From assembly GCA_025558095.1 (NCBI GenBank), contig JAIVFI010000032.1:62001-126000 (forward strand): a DNA stretch of 64,000 nt, given 5' to 3'. The translations under genes were made by a program, and so were the position numbers. Positions 44,769-56,706 of this stretch are shown in pieces. Below the pieces are notes generated by a model that did not search any database, was not told the origin of the DNA, and saw only the letters and a program-made list of their open reading frames with translations. Positions within the stretch are counted from its first letter, which is position 1, and each line of letters opens with the position of its first letter. This DNA is from Hyaloraphidium curvatum SAG 235-1. Its lineage: Eukaryota > Fungi > Monoblepharomycota.

Positions 44769-47278
44769 ATGCTGTCATTGGTGGACGACTGGGAGCTGGC
44801 CGAGGGAGCCGCTTCGCCGCTAGGGGCGACTTGGATCCCGAAGATCCAAGCATACAACTTCGCCCTCTACTCCAAGCACGCGACTTCCGTCACCCTCCTG
44901 CTGTACCGTGCCTTTGAAGACCCCGTGAATCCCGTGGCGGAGGTGTTTTTGGATGCCCGCGTTAATCGGACCTCCAACGTGTGGCATTGCCTCGTGCCGC
45001 TGACCCAGACGCTAGAGGCGACCCACTACGCGTTCCGCGTGGACGGGCCATTCGATCCCTGGAACGGACATCGCTTTGACATCCGCAAGATCCTGACGGA
45101 TCCCTTTGCGAAGGAACTCTACTTTCCCCCGGACTTTGACAGGGAGGCGTGCAAAGGCCCCGGACCGACGGACGGGAAGGCCCCGCTCGGCGTGCTTCCG
45201 TCCACTGTTCCGGATGACTACGATTGGACGGGGGATATTCACTTGAAGCACACGGGGGACACGATCGTTTACGAGCTACACGTGAGGTGCGGGACTCCGA
45301 GCAACTCCCGGTGACGGAGCCAACGTCGGCCGACGCTCCGCAGAGGTTTCACGGCCCGGGCAAACTCGGGCGTTTCCGAGTACAAGAGAGGCACATTCGC
45401 GGGGCTGATCGAAAAGATCCCGTACCTCGTTGACCTCGGTATCACGGTCGTCGAGCTCCTGCCGATCCACCAGTTCGATCCCCAAGAGAACAACTACTGG
45501 GGATACATGACCCTCAACTTGTGGGTAAAACCCCAGGTTCCTGGGGCCGCTAGCTTCATTTTTGCCTTGCGACAGCTTCGCCCCGCACCAAGGCTACTGT
45601 GCAAACGAGGCCAGACCGTGGGACGAGTTCCGCGACATGGTAAAGGCCTTCCACATGGCCGGCATCGAAGTCTGGCTGGATGTCGTCTACAACCACACCG
45701 CTGAGGCTGATGAGATTGGGCCGTGCTACAACCTGCGGGGGATCGACAACGTCGAGTACGTTTTCCGGTCCCATAGCAGATTGGCTTGGCTCACTCGAAT
45801 TACGCAGGTACTACCTCCTGCACCCGCACTCCCGGGGCCAGTACATAAACGACACCGGCTGCGGCAACACCATTCGTGCCGGGAACGCGTGCACGCGGGT
45901 CCTGATCATGGAGTCGCTCTTGCACTTTGCCCGCAACGGCCGCGTGAACGGCTTTCGCTTCGACCTCGCGTCCATCTTGACGCGCGATCGGCACGGCAAC
46001 GTTGACATTGAGGACCCGCCGCTGATTTCGGAGATCAGCAACTTCCGCTACAACACGGACGTGCGGTTGGTGGCCGAGGCGTGGGACATTTCGAGCTATC
46101 AGCTCGGCGTGACTTTTCCGGGACCCGCCTGGCGGCAATGGAACGGGGTCTTCCGCGACGACGTGCGACGCTTTGTCAAGGGGGACCCGGGCATGGTGCC
46201 GGCAATGATGGCGCGGATCTATGGGTCCGAGGACCTCTTTCCCGACCGGGACGGGTACCGCCCACGCCAATCCGTCAATTTCATAACCGCACACGACGGC
46301 TTCTGCCTATACGATCTCGTTTCGTACAACCAGAAGCACAACTTGCCGAACGGCCACCACAACACGGACGGCACGAACGACAACTGGAGCTGGAACTGCG
46401 GCCACGAAGGCGATGAGGGTGTGCCGGCCGAAGTCATGCAGCTTCGCCGGCGGCAGGTCAAGAACCTGTTTGCGATACTCATGCTGTCGAACGGCACTCC
46501 GATGTTCTGCGCCGGGGACGAGTTCATGAACACTCAGAAGGGGAACAACAATCCGTGAGCCAACCTGGCGCTGCCGATTGAACTGCTTCGTGCCTGACGT
46601 AGTGCCGTCTGCGCTCCTCCGCTACGTGTCGTTTACGTCATGCAGATATAACCAGGGTGAGGCTCTACGTTTCTCAACGAGTTCAGTTTGACGAACTGAC
46701 GACCTGCACAGACAACGAGATCACCTGGCTCGATTGGGACCTTCTGGAGAAGAACGCGGACATCCATCGCTTTTTCAAAATGATGATTGCTTTCCGCAAG
46801 TCCCATCGCACCATCATGAGGTCGGTGTACTGGAGGGACGACATTCGGTGGCACGGTGTGGGACCGCGCATCGACATGAACTTCAACTCGCACACTATTG
46901 CGTACTACCTCCGGGGCGCTACCATTAACAACAGGGATCTCTACGTCATGATCAACATGTTCTGGAAGCCTCTTACGTTTGAGGTCTGTTTGTCCGAGGG
47001 CCAGTTTCTGCCGTCTGACGTCGGCGTTGCAGGTCCAGGAGGACGGCCGCTGGAGGCGGATCGTGGACACGTATCGTTCATGCCCCGAGGACATCGTCGA
47101 CTCGGAGAACGGTGTCTATTTGGACTACACGACCGTTCCGAACGATCCGAACGGTTCGCGAATGGTCTACGAGGTTGGGCCCAGGTCGATCGTGGTCCTG
47201 GAGAAGGACCAGATCCGGGTTGCGCGCCGACAGAGCGTCAACACGCTGTCGAGGCGGGGATCGGGAATGTTGATTTGA
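44769..47278 (+). CDS. glgX: Isoamylase / glycogen debranching enzyme GlgX (CBM48 + GH13_11)
   Basis: [54 protein letters not shown]; catalytic motifs GFRFDLA, AEAWD and FITAHDGF; [18 protein letters not shown] and NNPYNQDNE. About six spliceosomal introns. Confidence 0.93.
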
Positions 47279-47336
47279 TCTCATTCAGCTCTATAGCCAA
47301 TAGACTTAGTAGCAGCGCGCCCATACATGGCCACGA

Positions 47337-49169
47337 TCAGTCCTCAACCCGTTTCACCCCGGCAGCAGCAGCTGCCTGCCGGGCACTCGTCCCCGCAGGC
47401 TGCAGAGCATCCTCCCGGGAGCTCTCGACCGTCACCGTGACGCCCTGATCCGCCTTCAGGGGCAAGTCCCTCGCCATGTCGACCTCGACGTTCGTCTCGC
47501 TCCGGATCTCGGCCGGCGCCGCCGGTCCGACATCTTTTCTCGGCGCCAAGGCCGAAGTTATTGTCCGCGAAGAGTCGACCGCTGGTTCCTTATCTGCGGC
47601 CCCCGACGCCGAAGTTGAAGGACTCGAAGCGCTAGAAAGCGAAGGCGGTTTGAAACCCTGCGATCCCCCCGACGCGGCAGCAAGCGCCTCGGTAGCCTGC
47701 TGAATGAGGGCGGCCGTCTCCTTCGTCAAGGACTGACGTGCTGCCGCAGAGTTGAGGTCTGGGGGAGAGAGGGTGGTCAATTGTGCGAAGGGAAGTTCGC
47801 TCGAAGCAAGCTACCATCTCTCCACTGGCCAAAATGCTTCATCACGGCCTTGATGATGCGAGGCCACAGGCTGGCGCTGAGATGCTCGTCCCTGATGTGT
47901 TCGCTGTCCTTGAACAGAGACTGGCCCTTCATGTACGTGTCGCAGAGCTTGGAGCCGAGGTCCTTGCGCCACGAAAAGGTCATGTTGGCGAGCCGCGGAT
48001 CCCGCGACTTTTGGAGGCATTCGGAGTAGGAGCGGGTGAGGTAGTGGTTGAGGCGGATGGGTTCGAGCACGACCCGGGAACGGTTGTTGTAGTTCCACGG
48101 GTTGTAGATGCAATCGACCGTGTCCTTGTTCTCCACCGGCATCGCGCGGTGGGGGTTGGTGAGGTTCTTCAGGTGCTGGACCATGAAGATGGCCTTGCCG
48201 GCCTGGTCCTGCTCCTTGGCGAACATGACCATCCGGCGCATGTTGTAGCTCTCGATCGTGAGCTTGCCGATCGGGGGGGTGATGTGGGCGCTGGAACCGA
48301 TGTTTGCCCGGTACAGCATGACCACGGCGGCATTGAGCGTTTCCGCCTCGGAGAGGAAGCGGTGGAGGCGGCTGCCCCAGAGCCCCGTCAGGAAGTGTTC
48401 GGGGGAGAACTCGGCAGGAAGGATGGTGATGAACTCGTCGATGTCGATGATGGCGGTCCATCGCGACTCGTCCCGCTTGTTCATCTTGATGCAGTGCTCC
48501 AAGTGGGTCTGCTGGGCCTGCCGCTTCGGTCCTGGCCAGCGGAACAGCGAAACGATGCCCATGTTGACGAACGGCCGAATCCGGGCCGCCGTGCGGTCCG
48601 TCGAGTCGTTGTCGTAGAGGTAAAAGTGGTGCACGCCGACCAAGTAGTGGTACCAAATCCACTCCTCGATGTAGTCCTGCGGGGAGGAGGTTCGCAATCG
48701 GCCAGCGACACGCCCACGACAGCGCAACACTCGCCTCCTCATTCCGGAAGATTGCGCACATCGACAGGTAGTTTTTCGGCGGCTTCGCGAACGGCGAGTT
48801 GACGATGATGTCGACGTACTTTTTGACCATCTCGTCCTTCAGCTTCTCTTGGTCGCTGCTCCGGCCCATGTGCAAGTGCACGTTGGTGGAGACTTTGGAA
48901 ACCAGCTCCAGCGACGCCGTGTCCTGCAGCGGCCCGTCTGCCGCCGCTGGTTGTCCGCCGGACCACGCCGGCATGAGGAAATAGGAGGATCCGAGGAGGA
49001 GGAGGAGGGCGAGGACCAGGATGTTCGAGCGGAACAGTCGCCGCAGAGAGAAAATCCGGGTCGGCAAGAAGCGCATTATCGCAAAGCCGCTGACGGCAGA
49101 GTACGGCGGCGGGTGGGGTTGGTCGTGGTAGCCGCTGTGGCCGCCCCCTTTTGTCCATGGTGCCGACAT
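47337..49169 (-). CDS. Type II membrane glycosyltransferase, GT92/GT2-like
   Basis: TM helix ILVLALLLLLGSSYFLM; YLSMCAIFRNEE(intron)YIEEWIWYHYLVGVHHFYLYDNDSTD; DIDEF DxD motif; RLNHY.TRS. The last exon (47337-47758) joins through a phase-compatible intron. Confidence 0.85.
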
Positions 49170-49721
49170 GGTGCGGGCTCAGCGCCGCGCACGCCGCCGG
49201 CCCCGCGAAGAACCAAGTGCGGGCTCCACAAAAAAGGCGGCGCCGCGCCCCGCCGCGGTGCGTGCAGACGGCGGTGGCGGGGCGCCCGAAGTCGGCTGGG
49301 CCGGCTGTTTGACGCCGCGCGCGCCGGAGCGCCCGGGGGCCGCCGCGAGAGCTTGAACCCGCGTGCGGCGCCTAGAGCCCGGCCTCCATGCCGTCGCGCG
49401 GGCCGATTACGCAGAGACGCGGGAACCGGTTCGTGCGGGCGTGTGGGGGTCCTTCGAAGGAGGATTCTCGGTCGTCGAGAGCAAAAGCGATCAACTGCAC
49501 CAGCCGACCGACAGATTCGGCCGGCGGATTAGGCCAAGCTGCTTCGCCCCCGCCGGGCGAAAAATAGCCGCAAATGATTGCAGGATGGCGCGTCTGTAGA
49601 TCGAAGGCGGGGCCGGCGCCGCCGATCCGCGCCGGTGCGGCCGAGTGAAGGATGATCAAGACCACCGCGGCAAGAGTCAAGACAACAGAGCTTGGGTATG
49701 TTTTCCTTCTACAAGAAAGCC

Positions 49722-51289
49722 TTACTCGGCCGTATCCATCTTCTCGCCGTCCACGGCCTTGTCCTTCTTGGCCGCCGTCGTCTTCTTCTTGGTCTTCTTG
49801 ACCCCTTCCCGGAGAAGGGCCTTGGCCTGGTCGTTCTTGACGGCCTTTTCGCTTTGGACGATGCCGGCGTCGTAGTAGGGAATGCCGGTAATCTTGAGCG
49901 GTCCGGTCGGCATGAGCAGGGCGGTGAACATGAAGTGGGCAATGTGCTCGCCCTCCTTCTCGTGGAGGACCTGGTAAGGCGTCACGAGGCCGTGTGCCTC
50001 GCACTCCCGGATGCCGAGCCGCGCCTTGCCCTGCTCCTCGAATTGTCTGGAGGGCATCCGGGACGAAACGCCGGTCAGGGGCATGACGACAGGGTCGCGC
50101 CGCCACGAACCGCAACGAGAAGCCGACCGTGCCAAACTTCTTCTGAATGTCGCTGAGCACCTCCCTGCTGGCCTTGACCTTCAGGTTGTACGTCTGCGAC
50201 GAATTCCGCTTGTAGATGTTTGTCCGCGTCTCCCCGACCCTCGGCTTGCCGTCCCCGGTCGAGACCAGAATGTCGATGCACCACGCGTCGCCGTCCTCGA
50301 ATGTCACCTTCTCGGTGTCCTTCCGGCTCGCCTCGGTCGGGTTGAGGATGATGGTCTTGGGCCCGTCGATGACGTTCCGCTTGACCGAGTGCGACAGCAT
50401 GTTCTCCACGGGCTTGCAGCCGAAATCCTCCGTGATGTTGGCCACGAGCTCCGTGACGTCAAAGTTTGTCGCGGTCTCGGACTTGAGCATCCTCAGCGTA
50501 GCCTCGGCGGCGTTCTGTGCTGCAAGAAGCACGTCGGCCTGCCTGCCCGTAATCGGGTTCTCCTGGAGTGGACGAATGGGGTCACTCTGGTTGCCCCCGG
50601 AATCCAGCAACAGTGGCGCGAACCTTGTCGGCCCCGATGACGATGGTGTGCGCGACCTGCGCGACGTAGCCGTCGATGTGCGTGCCGAGTTCGACCTTGA
50701 CCATGTCGCCCTTTTTCAAGGTCACGTTGGCCTCCGGATCCGAAGGCACGGGGCTGAGGTGGCAGACCACGTTTCCAGGCGAGACGCACGTCGGGAAAGC
50801 GATGCCTTGAAGCGACCGAAAGGCCGGTGAGGGCGTGGTGGCGGCCGACCCGGTTGGAATCACCTTTCAGCATCTTCCCCTTGTTGTACACCTTCTTCGC
50901 CTCATCCTCGATCGTCTTGTCGCCGAGTTGGCATAGTTCCAGGACTTTGGCACCCTCCACGCACCCGTCCAGCACAGCCTTGATGGCTTTCTGTTGGCCC
51001 ACGGGGAGAAGGTCCTGGTGAGCCACACGCCCGCTCAAGCAGCCGGACGCGCCGAATCGCGTACGTTGGTAATGTCAGCAGCAGTCTTGTATTTGGTGAC
51101 CTTCGGGAGTTTGAATTCATGGTCGTCGTCGCGATGAGGCGGGCGTGAGACGGCCTCCGGAACGAGGCGCGCGGCGCTCACGATGTTCTGGTCCTCCAGG
51201 AACGACTTCTCCTCCTCGGCCTCCTCAGCACCTTCCTCGACGTCGGAAATCTCCTCCTCGACGACCTTCTTCGCGCCCTTCTTCGACAT
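49722..51289 (-). CDS. PA2G4: PA2G4/EBP1 (Cdb4-like) M24-fold ribosome-associated protein
   Basis: VTKYKTAADI, GIAFPTCVS..NVVCHLSP, GDMVKVELGTHIDGY, KPVENMLSH, DILVSTGDGK, ARLGIREC..HGLV.PY and a Lys-rich tail. Confidence 0.92.
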
Positions 51290-51382
51290 CGCGAAATGGT
51301 CTTTGTTTTTCAGGCCTCAAGACGGCTAAGCACCGCGTTCCCTTTTGGCGCCACGCGGATCCGACGTTCCTGGCGGCCTGTA

Positions 51383-51634
51383 ATGGACGTCGATCGCGAA
51401 GTGGAGTCACTGCTGAAGCACATCGAGCGGCTCGGCACCCCGCTTCCGGAGGGCGGCTTCGAAGTCGCGTACGGAACTCTGTTCCGGGATCAACAGGTCA
51501 CGGACGAGTTCGAAGCGCTCTTGGGAACACTCAAATCTTCCAAGAAACGGGGTCTGATTTCGTTCGAAGGACAGTTGTTGCTCAGTCCCACCCACGACCA
51601 CGTCAAGATCCGTACCCTGGCCAAGGCAACCTGA
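51383..51634 (+). CDS. Costars family protein (ABRACL-like)
   Basis: MDVDREVESLLKHIERLG...VAYGTLFRD...FEALLGTLKSSKKRGLISFEGQLLL...HDHVKI, 83 aa. Confidence 0.9.
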   Translation: MDVDREVESLLKHIERLGTPLPEGGFEVAYGTLFRDQQVTDEFEALLGTLKSSKKRGLISFEGQLLLSPTHDHVKIRTLAKAT

Positions 51635-51638
51635 AGAG

Positions 51639-52956
51639 ATGCCCTCGGAAGATCTTGCCCTTTCCGGACCGCCTCCGGCACTCGGCCGCAGCCTGCACGC
51701 GTCCCATTTCGGACACCGGCCCATAGATTTCGCCCACTATAACCAGGGCTCGTTCGGCTCGTCGCCCAAGGTCGTGCTGGACGCGTCGGACGAGATGCGG
51801 CGCCGATGGATATCCGGCCCCGACCGCTTCTGGTACACTACCGTGGAGCCCGCGTTCGTTCGTGCGAGGGAAGCCGTCGCGCGAACCGTGCTGGATTGCG
51901 ACGTGGATCGCGTCACGCTCGTGGACAATGCAACGACGGCGGCAACGATCGTGGCGCAGAAGATTGCCTGGGATGTGATTGAGCGTGCCAAGTCGGGCTT
52001 CGTTGGCGGCAAGCCCGTCGTGCTGCTCTGCAACACGACCTACGGCGCCGTCCGGCTTGCGTTCCGTGCGTACTGCGAGCGGGCTGGTGCCGAGATAGTA
52101 CAATACGTGTTGCCGTTCCCCGTTTACCAAACTGCCGACATTGTAGAGGCGTTTCACACGAAACTACGGGAGCTGAAGGCCAGGAAGGCGGATGTCGTTA
52201 TTGCGGTGTTTGATCACATCGTTAGCGAGACCGCGCTGGTGCTGCCGCTGCGCGAGTTAGTTGGCGAAGCGAGGGCGGCCGGCGTACGCGAGATCTTTGT
52301 CGACGGCGCGCACGCTCCGGGCCAGATTGACCTTCGCGGCCTGCCCGAGGAACTGGGAGTGGACTACTATACTGGGAACCTCCACAAATGGGTGAGCTGA
52401 TTCCTCGTCGCTGGCTGCTGTCTATGCTAAAGAAATTGTTCAGATGTTCTGCCCGACGGCGTGCGCCTTGTTCTATTTCAAGGCCGGTAATGATGCCCCT
52501 CTGCACTTCCCCATTACGTCGCACAATCATGGCGAGGGATTTGCGCGCGAGACGTGGATGCTGGCGACCCGGGACTACACGCCTTTGCTGGCCGCCCGGC
52601 TGGCGGTGGACTTTTACGGCTGGATTGGACCCGAGCGGGTGCAAAAATATGTCCGTGATGAGGCGTGGAAGGCTGCTGAGCTGCTGTCGGGCATGTGGGG
52701 GACCCGGATCGGACAGTCGAGGGACCTGGCTGCCGGCATGTGCATGATTGCGATGCCGCATGGGATCAGGAGGTTCAAGGAACCAATGGACCTCAGAACG
52801 CTGCTACGAGACAATCACAACATGGAGGTATGCACTCCGCTGTCGGTCGATGGCACGTGGTGGTTGCGCATCTCTGTTCCGTGCTGGATGGAGGCCGGCG
52901 AGTTCCAGCTGCTGGGAAAGGTGATCCTCGAACTCAGCGGGCAAGAACGGCTTTGA
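51639..52956 (+). CDS. PLP-dependent class V C-S lyase (Egt2 / cysteine desulfhydrase / isopenicillin N epimerase-like)
   Basis: NQGSFGSSP, VDNATTA, YGAV, FDHIVSETA, VDGAHAPGQ, YTGNLHKW (PLP lysine), TRDY and WLRIS. Intron 52392-52443. Confidence 0.88.
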
Positions 52957-53020
52957 GACGATGTACAAATCTGTGAATGCACACACAACAGAATGGGAAC
53001 TACAGCGCTGACCACAGCGC

Positions 53021-54072
53021 TTACATCTTGGCCTTCTCTATCTTCACCTTCAGCTTTCGCTTGGCCGGTTTCGGCGTCTCTGACCCCGGTTCCGGCCCGG
53101 CGGCACCGGAATGTTCGCCGGACTTTCCGTTTGCTGCAGACGATCCTTGGCCGTCCTTTCCGTCCTTGGCAGATCCCTCTGCCGACGGCGAAGATGCGGT
53201 GGCTCCAGGCTTTGGCGCGCCCTCACCAAACGCCCCGAACTTGCTCGGTTTCGCTGCTCCTTTGGCAAACGGGTCTGGCAGCGCTTAACATCGCTGATGG
53301 CGTAGATCCGGCCGCCAGCACTTACCCATGAAGTCCTTGGGCTTCTCCATCGGCCGTGTTCCGTACTTGCTGCCCCACCCCATCTTGAACCCGGGCGGAT
53401 AAAACCCCATCGGATCCTCCGGAGACTGCTCTTCTTCAGCCTGCGGCGGGCCCCCGAACGGATCTCCATCCCAATCGGGGCCCATCCAGCTGTCGCCGCC
53501 GAAACCGCCTCCGAAGCCGCTGAAAGAACCCCCAAACCACGCATCTGGGTCAATTCCCTCAGCCCAAGACTGCCACTGGCGATACGCCCCCATCGGATCG
53601 AAGCCCCTGCCGCCCGAGGGACGGTAGGTGTCCTCCGAGGCGCCGAAGGGCGACTCTCCGGGGGTCCATCCCGCGCTATCGTACATGCGCCGCTTGTTCC
53701 CTGCCGGGCAAATCAATCCTTCCTGTTCTGCAATAGATCGTCGGGCAAGAAGACGTACCGTCAGATAGCACCTCGTACGCCTCGACGATGAGCCTGAATC
53801 GCACGTTCGCCGCGTCAACGTCCCCTCCGGCACCCTGCTGCTTGTCCGGATGCCAGATGAGCGCTTCCTTCCGATACGCTCTCTTGATCTCCGCCGCAGT
53901 GGCTTTCGCCTCGATATTGAGCACCTGCGATCCGGCGTTCACCGTGAAACTCCGGCGAGAAGACCGGGCCATTCAGGGCCACCCAGCGCAGCGGCCGCAC
54001 CTCATAATAAGTCTTGAACATGGGTCCAGCCTTCTTCTTCTTCTTTGCGTCGGCCTTCGGCGGCGGCGCCAT
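53021..54072 (-). CDS. DnaJ (J-domain) protein with a G/F-rich region
   Basis: TYYEVL...EIKRAYRKEALIWHPDK...F.LIVEAYEVLSD..KRRMYD, followed by a G/F/W-rich segment. Ends ...KIEKAKM*. Confidence 0.88.
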
Positions 54073-54370
54073 CCTGCCGGCACGGCCTGGAGGTCAGGTG
54101 GTCCTGCACGCGTCGTGATCGGTTGCGAATCGGAGCCCAACCGCAAAAGCGATTGCAGCGGTGTCTCCCAACGACGATGTCGAAGTCCGCGCCCCTCGAG
54201 CGCCGGCCGTTTCCCTTGGTTGCTCTGACGTCGCAGGGAGGCGGCGCTGCGCGCTTCCAGGATGTCGAGAGGATGTTCACCCACCACCCGACTTGTGAGA
54301 CATCGCGTCCCATTTGGTAGACGGTATCGGGCGAAAACTGACCGGTCGACGCGGCTCAGACGGCGTCCGA

Positions 54371-55312
54371 ATGGGCATGACCACGGGCGACCAGCTTTCG
54401 CAGGCAATCTTTGTCAAGTGGGTCTCCCCGCAACGGCTTCATGCTCCGTCGTTCTGACAACCGACGCTCGCGCTCCTTCGACCACCCAGATTCACGCAGG
54501 AAACTCCCGTGAGCACATCATCTTGCTTGACCGTCCGATTCGGGCGACTCACATCGTCACGGCCAGGTGAACGTCTTTCCGTCCCCGTACTACATCATCG
54601 TGCTGCGCGGAGGCCTCCGGATCACCGGTGGTGTCGGCCAAGACCGCACTTTCGCCGTTGGAAGCTCGCTTGTTCAGATTGACACCGCCAACGGCACAAT
54701 CGAGCCTTGCGCGACCCATGCTCTCGCGCTCATCCTAACGACCAAACCTCTGCCGCACACGGTCGCAATGCAGCCCGTCAAGAAGGGCTCCGAAGAAGCG
54801 TTCAATCTCGTCACGCTCAAGGTGCTGCCGAAGGGTCTATCGGGCATCGAAACCCGCTTCGTCACCCTTGACCGGACCTGGGGCCCCGGTTTGAAGACCA
54901 GTCCCACGATCGACGTCCTCGGTAGGTCACCGACCGTCTGGAAGGAGAACCGAAATGTTCATGCTCCGGATGCTCCCCAGGGATGTCCCTGTGTGACGCT
55001 CACCGCGATCTGACGGCGCCGCTGCATCCTGCGTACAGCAAGTACCTCAACTGGACCACATGGCTGTCGGACGGCCGTGCCGAGTTTGCGACCTCCAACG
55101 GCCAGACGGCGGAGGTCGGCAGGGGCGACATCGTGCTGTTCGACGACAGCGAGGGCGACGGACACGCCTACCGGGTAGCCAACGGGCTGCCGGTGAAGCA
55201 GGTCTTCATCACCTTGGCGCAGGAGGTGACCCGATACGGCACTGGACCTACCGGGTTCGAGGCTGGCTTGGAAGGCCGCGCTTGGGACGAGAAGCCCAAA
55301 GCGAAGCTGTGA
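54371..55312 (+). CDS. Cupin-like protein (two beta-barrel-like halves) ending in AKL; start uncertain
   Basis: LHPA...GRAEFATSNGQTAEVGRGDIVLFDDSEGDGH and an upstream paralogous half YIIVLRGGLRITGGVGQDRTFAVGSSLVQID. Several introns. Confidence 0.55.
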
Positions 55313-55548
55313 AACGTTTGCGGTGACTGCGGCGGGAGGAGTCGTCGTGTGCAAATACAAACGCAATGCTATGGAGTTTCAATTCGGTTAGATCCTGTCC
55401 TTGGTCTCGACGCAGTCGGTCGGGCCGCGATTGTCTTCGGTGGGAACGACGCCTGCGCAAGCTCAGCGCGCGGCCAACTGAATCCCCGTCCCTCGCCGCG
55501 TACCGAACTCCGTGACCGTAACGCATAGCGTTCGCTGCGACGGTCGCC

Positions 55549-56404
55549 ATGTCGTACAATCCTCTGGAATGGATCTTCGGGCGGGCAAAGACGCCCGCCG
55601 AGATACTGCGGACGCACCAGCGCGCCCTGAACCGCGCGATACGGGACCTGGACCGGGAGCGGACGAAAATGGAGCAGCAAGAAAAGAAGCTTATTAACGA
55701 CATCAAGGTCGCGGCGAAGAAGAACCAGATTGTGGGCGCGCCGTCCGGGTCTGCCTTCCGGGGTCTGACACCCCCCCTCCTGGGCCGGTCCTCCCTAGCC
55801 GGCCTGCAAGGTCATGGCCATGGACCTTGTTCGGACGAGACGATATGTTCAGAAGTTCTACGCCATGCGGACGCAGCTTCAGGCCGTGTCGCTCCGGATA
55901 CAGGTGGGACGTCGCAAGCCTGTTGACCGGGCGTCCTTCTGACGCGGTGTACGTAGACCATGCGCTCCAACCAGGCCATGGCGGACGCCATGAAGGGCGT
56001 GACGAAGGCCATGAAGTCCATGAACCGGCAGGTCAACCTCCCTGCCATCCAGAAGATCATGATGGACTTTGAAAAGGAGTCGGAAATGATGGACATGAAG
56101 GAGGAGATGATGAACGACGCCATCGACGACGTCATGGATGAGGAGGGCGAGGACGAGGAGGAGAGCGAGGCCATTGTGCAGCAGGTCTTTGACGAGATCG
56201 GCATCAATTTGGACCAGCAGGTTAGAAGGGAAACTCGTGGTGGGGATTCGACCTTACCAACTTCATTCTCCGCAGCTTGCAGACGCCCCGACGGGAAAGG
56301 TGGGGCAGAAGGCGTCGGCGGAGAAGGAGGAGGAGGGAGATCTCCTTGCAATGTCGGACGATGCCGCGCTCCAGGCACGGCTAGAGAATCTGCGTCGGGA
56401 CTGA
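55549..56404 (+). CDS. DID4: ESCRT-III subunit Vps2/Did4 (CHMP2A)
   Basis: TPAEILRTHQRALNRAIRDLDRERTKMEQQEKKLI, MAMDLVRTRRY, NLPAIQKIMMDFEKESE and the MIM motif DAALQARLENLRRD. Confidence 0.96.
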
Positions 56405-56706
56405 GGGCATCGCGAGATGGTGGAAGCTTGAACCTGGTTGCTGTTTGTATTGATGTCTCGATGTTCTTTCTCACAGCGAGTCTAGTCCAGAGTCTATAGT
56501 CTGGCCGGTGATTGGTGGTCCCCAGTGCTCGGGTTGGACGACCAGCCGACGTTCTTCGCCAATTGAGTGGACGTTTGTTCCCCCCCACCAGCACGCTCAG
56601 GGGCCGCGATTCGGCGGTCTTCTTGCCGCTGGAGGCGACGATTTGGTCGCCAAGCGGATCTTCTGGAGGTTCCCCGCTCTAGAGCCGCTCGGCGGCGACC
56701 GCCGCG

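Noticed and set aside
44769-47278. Bacterial contamination explaining GlgX and MTAN
   Set aside because: GlgX has multiple spliceosomal introns, and both genes are contiguous with clearly eukaryotic genes of similar composition.
51632-51641. Selenocysteine or stop-codon readthrough fusing Costars to the PLP lyase
   Set aside because: The ORFs are in different frames (4-nt gap) and there is no TGA-CTA readthrough context. No in-frame TGA at a conserved Cys position was noticed in any gene.
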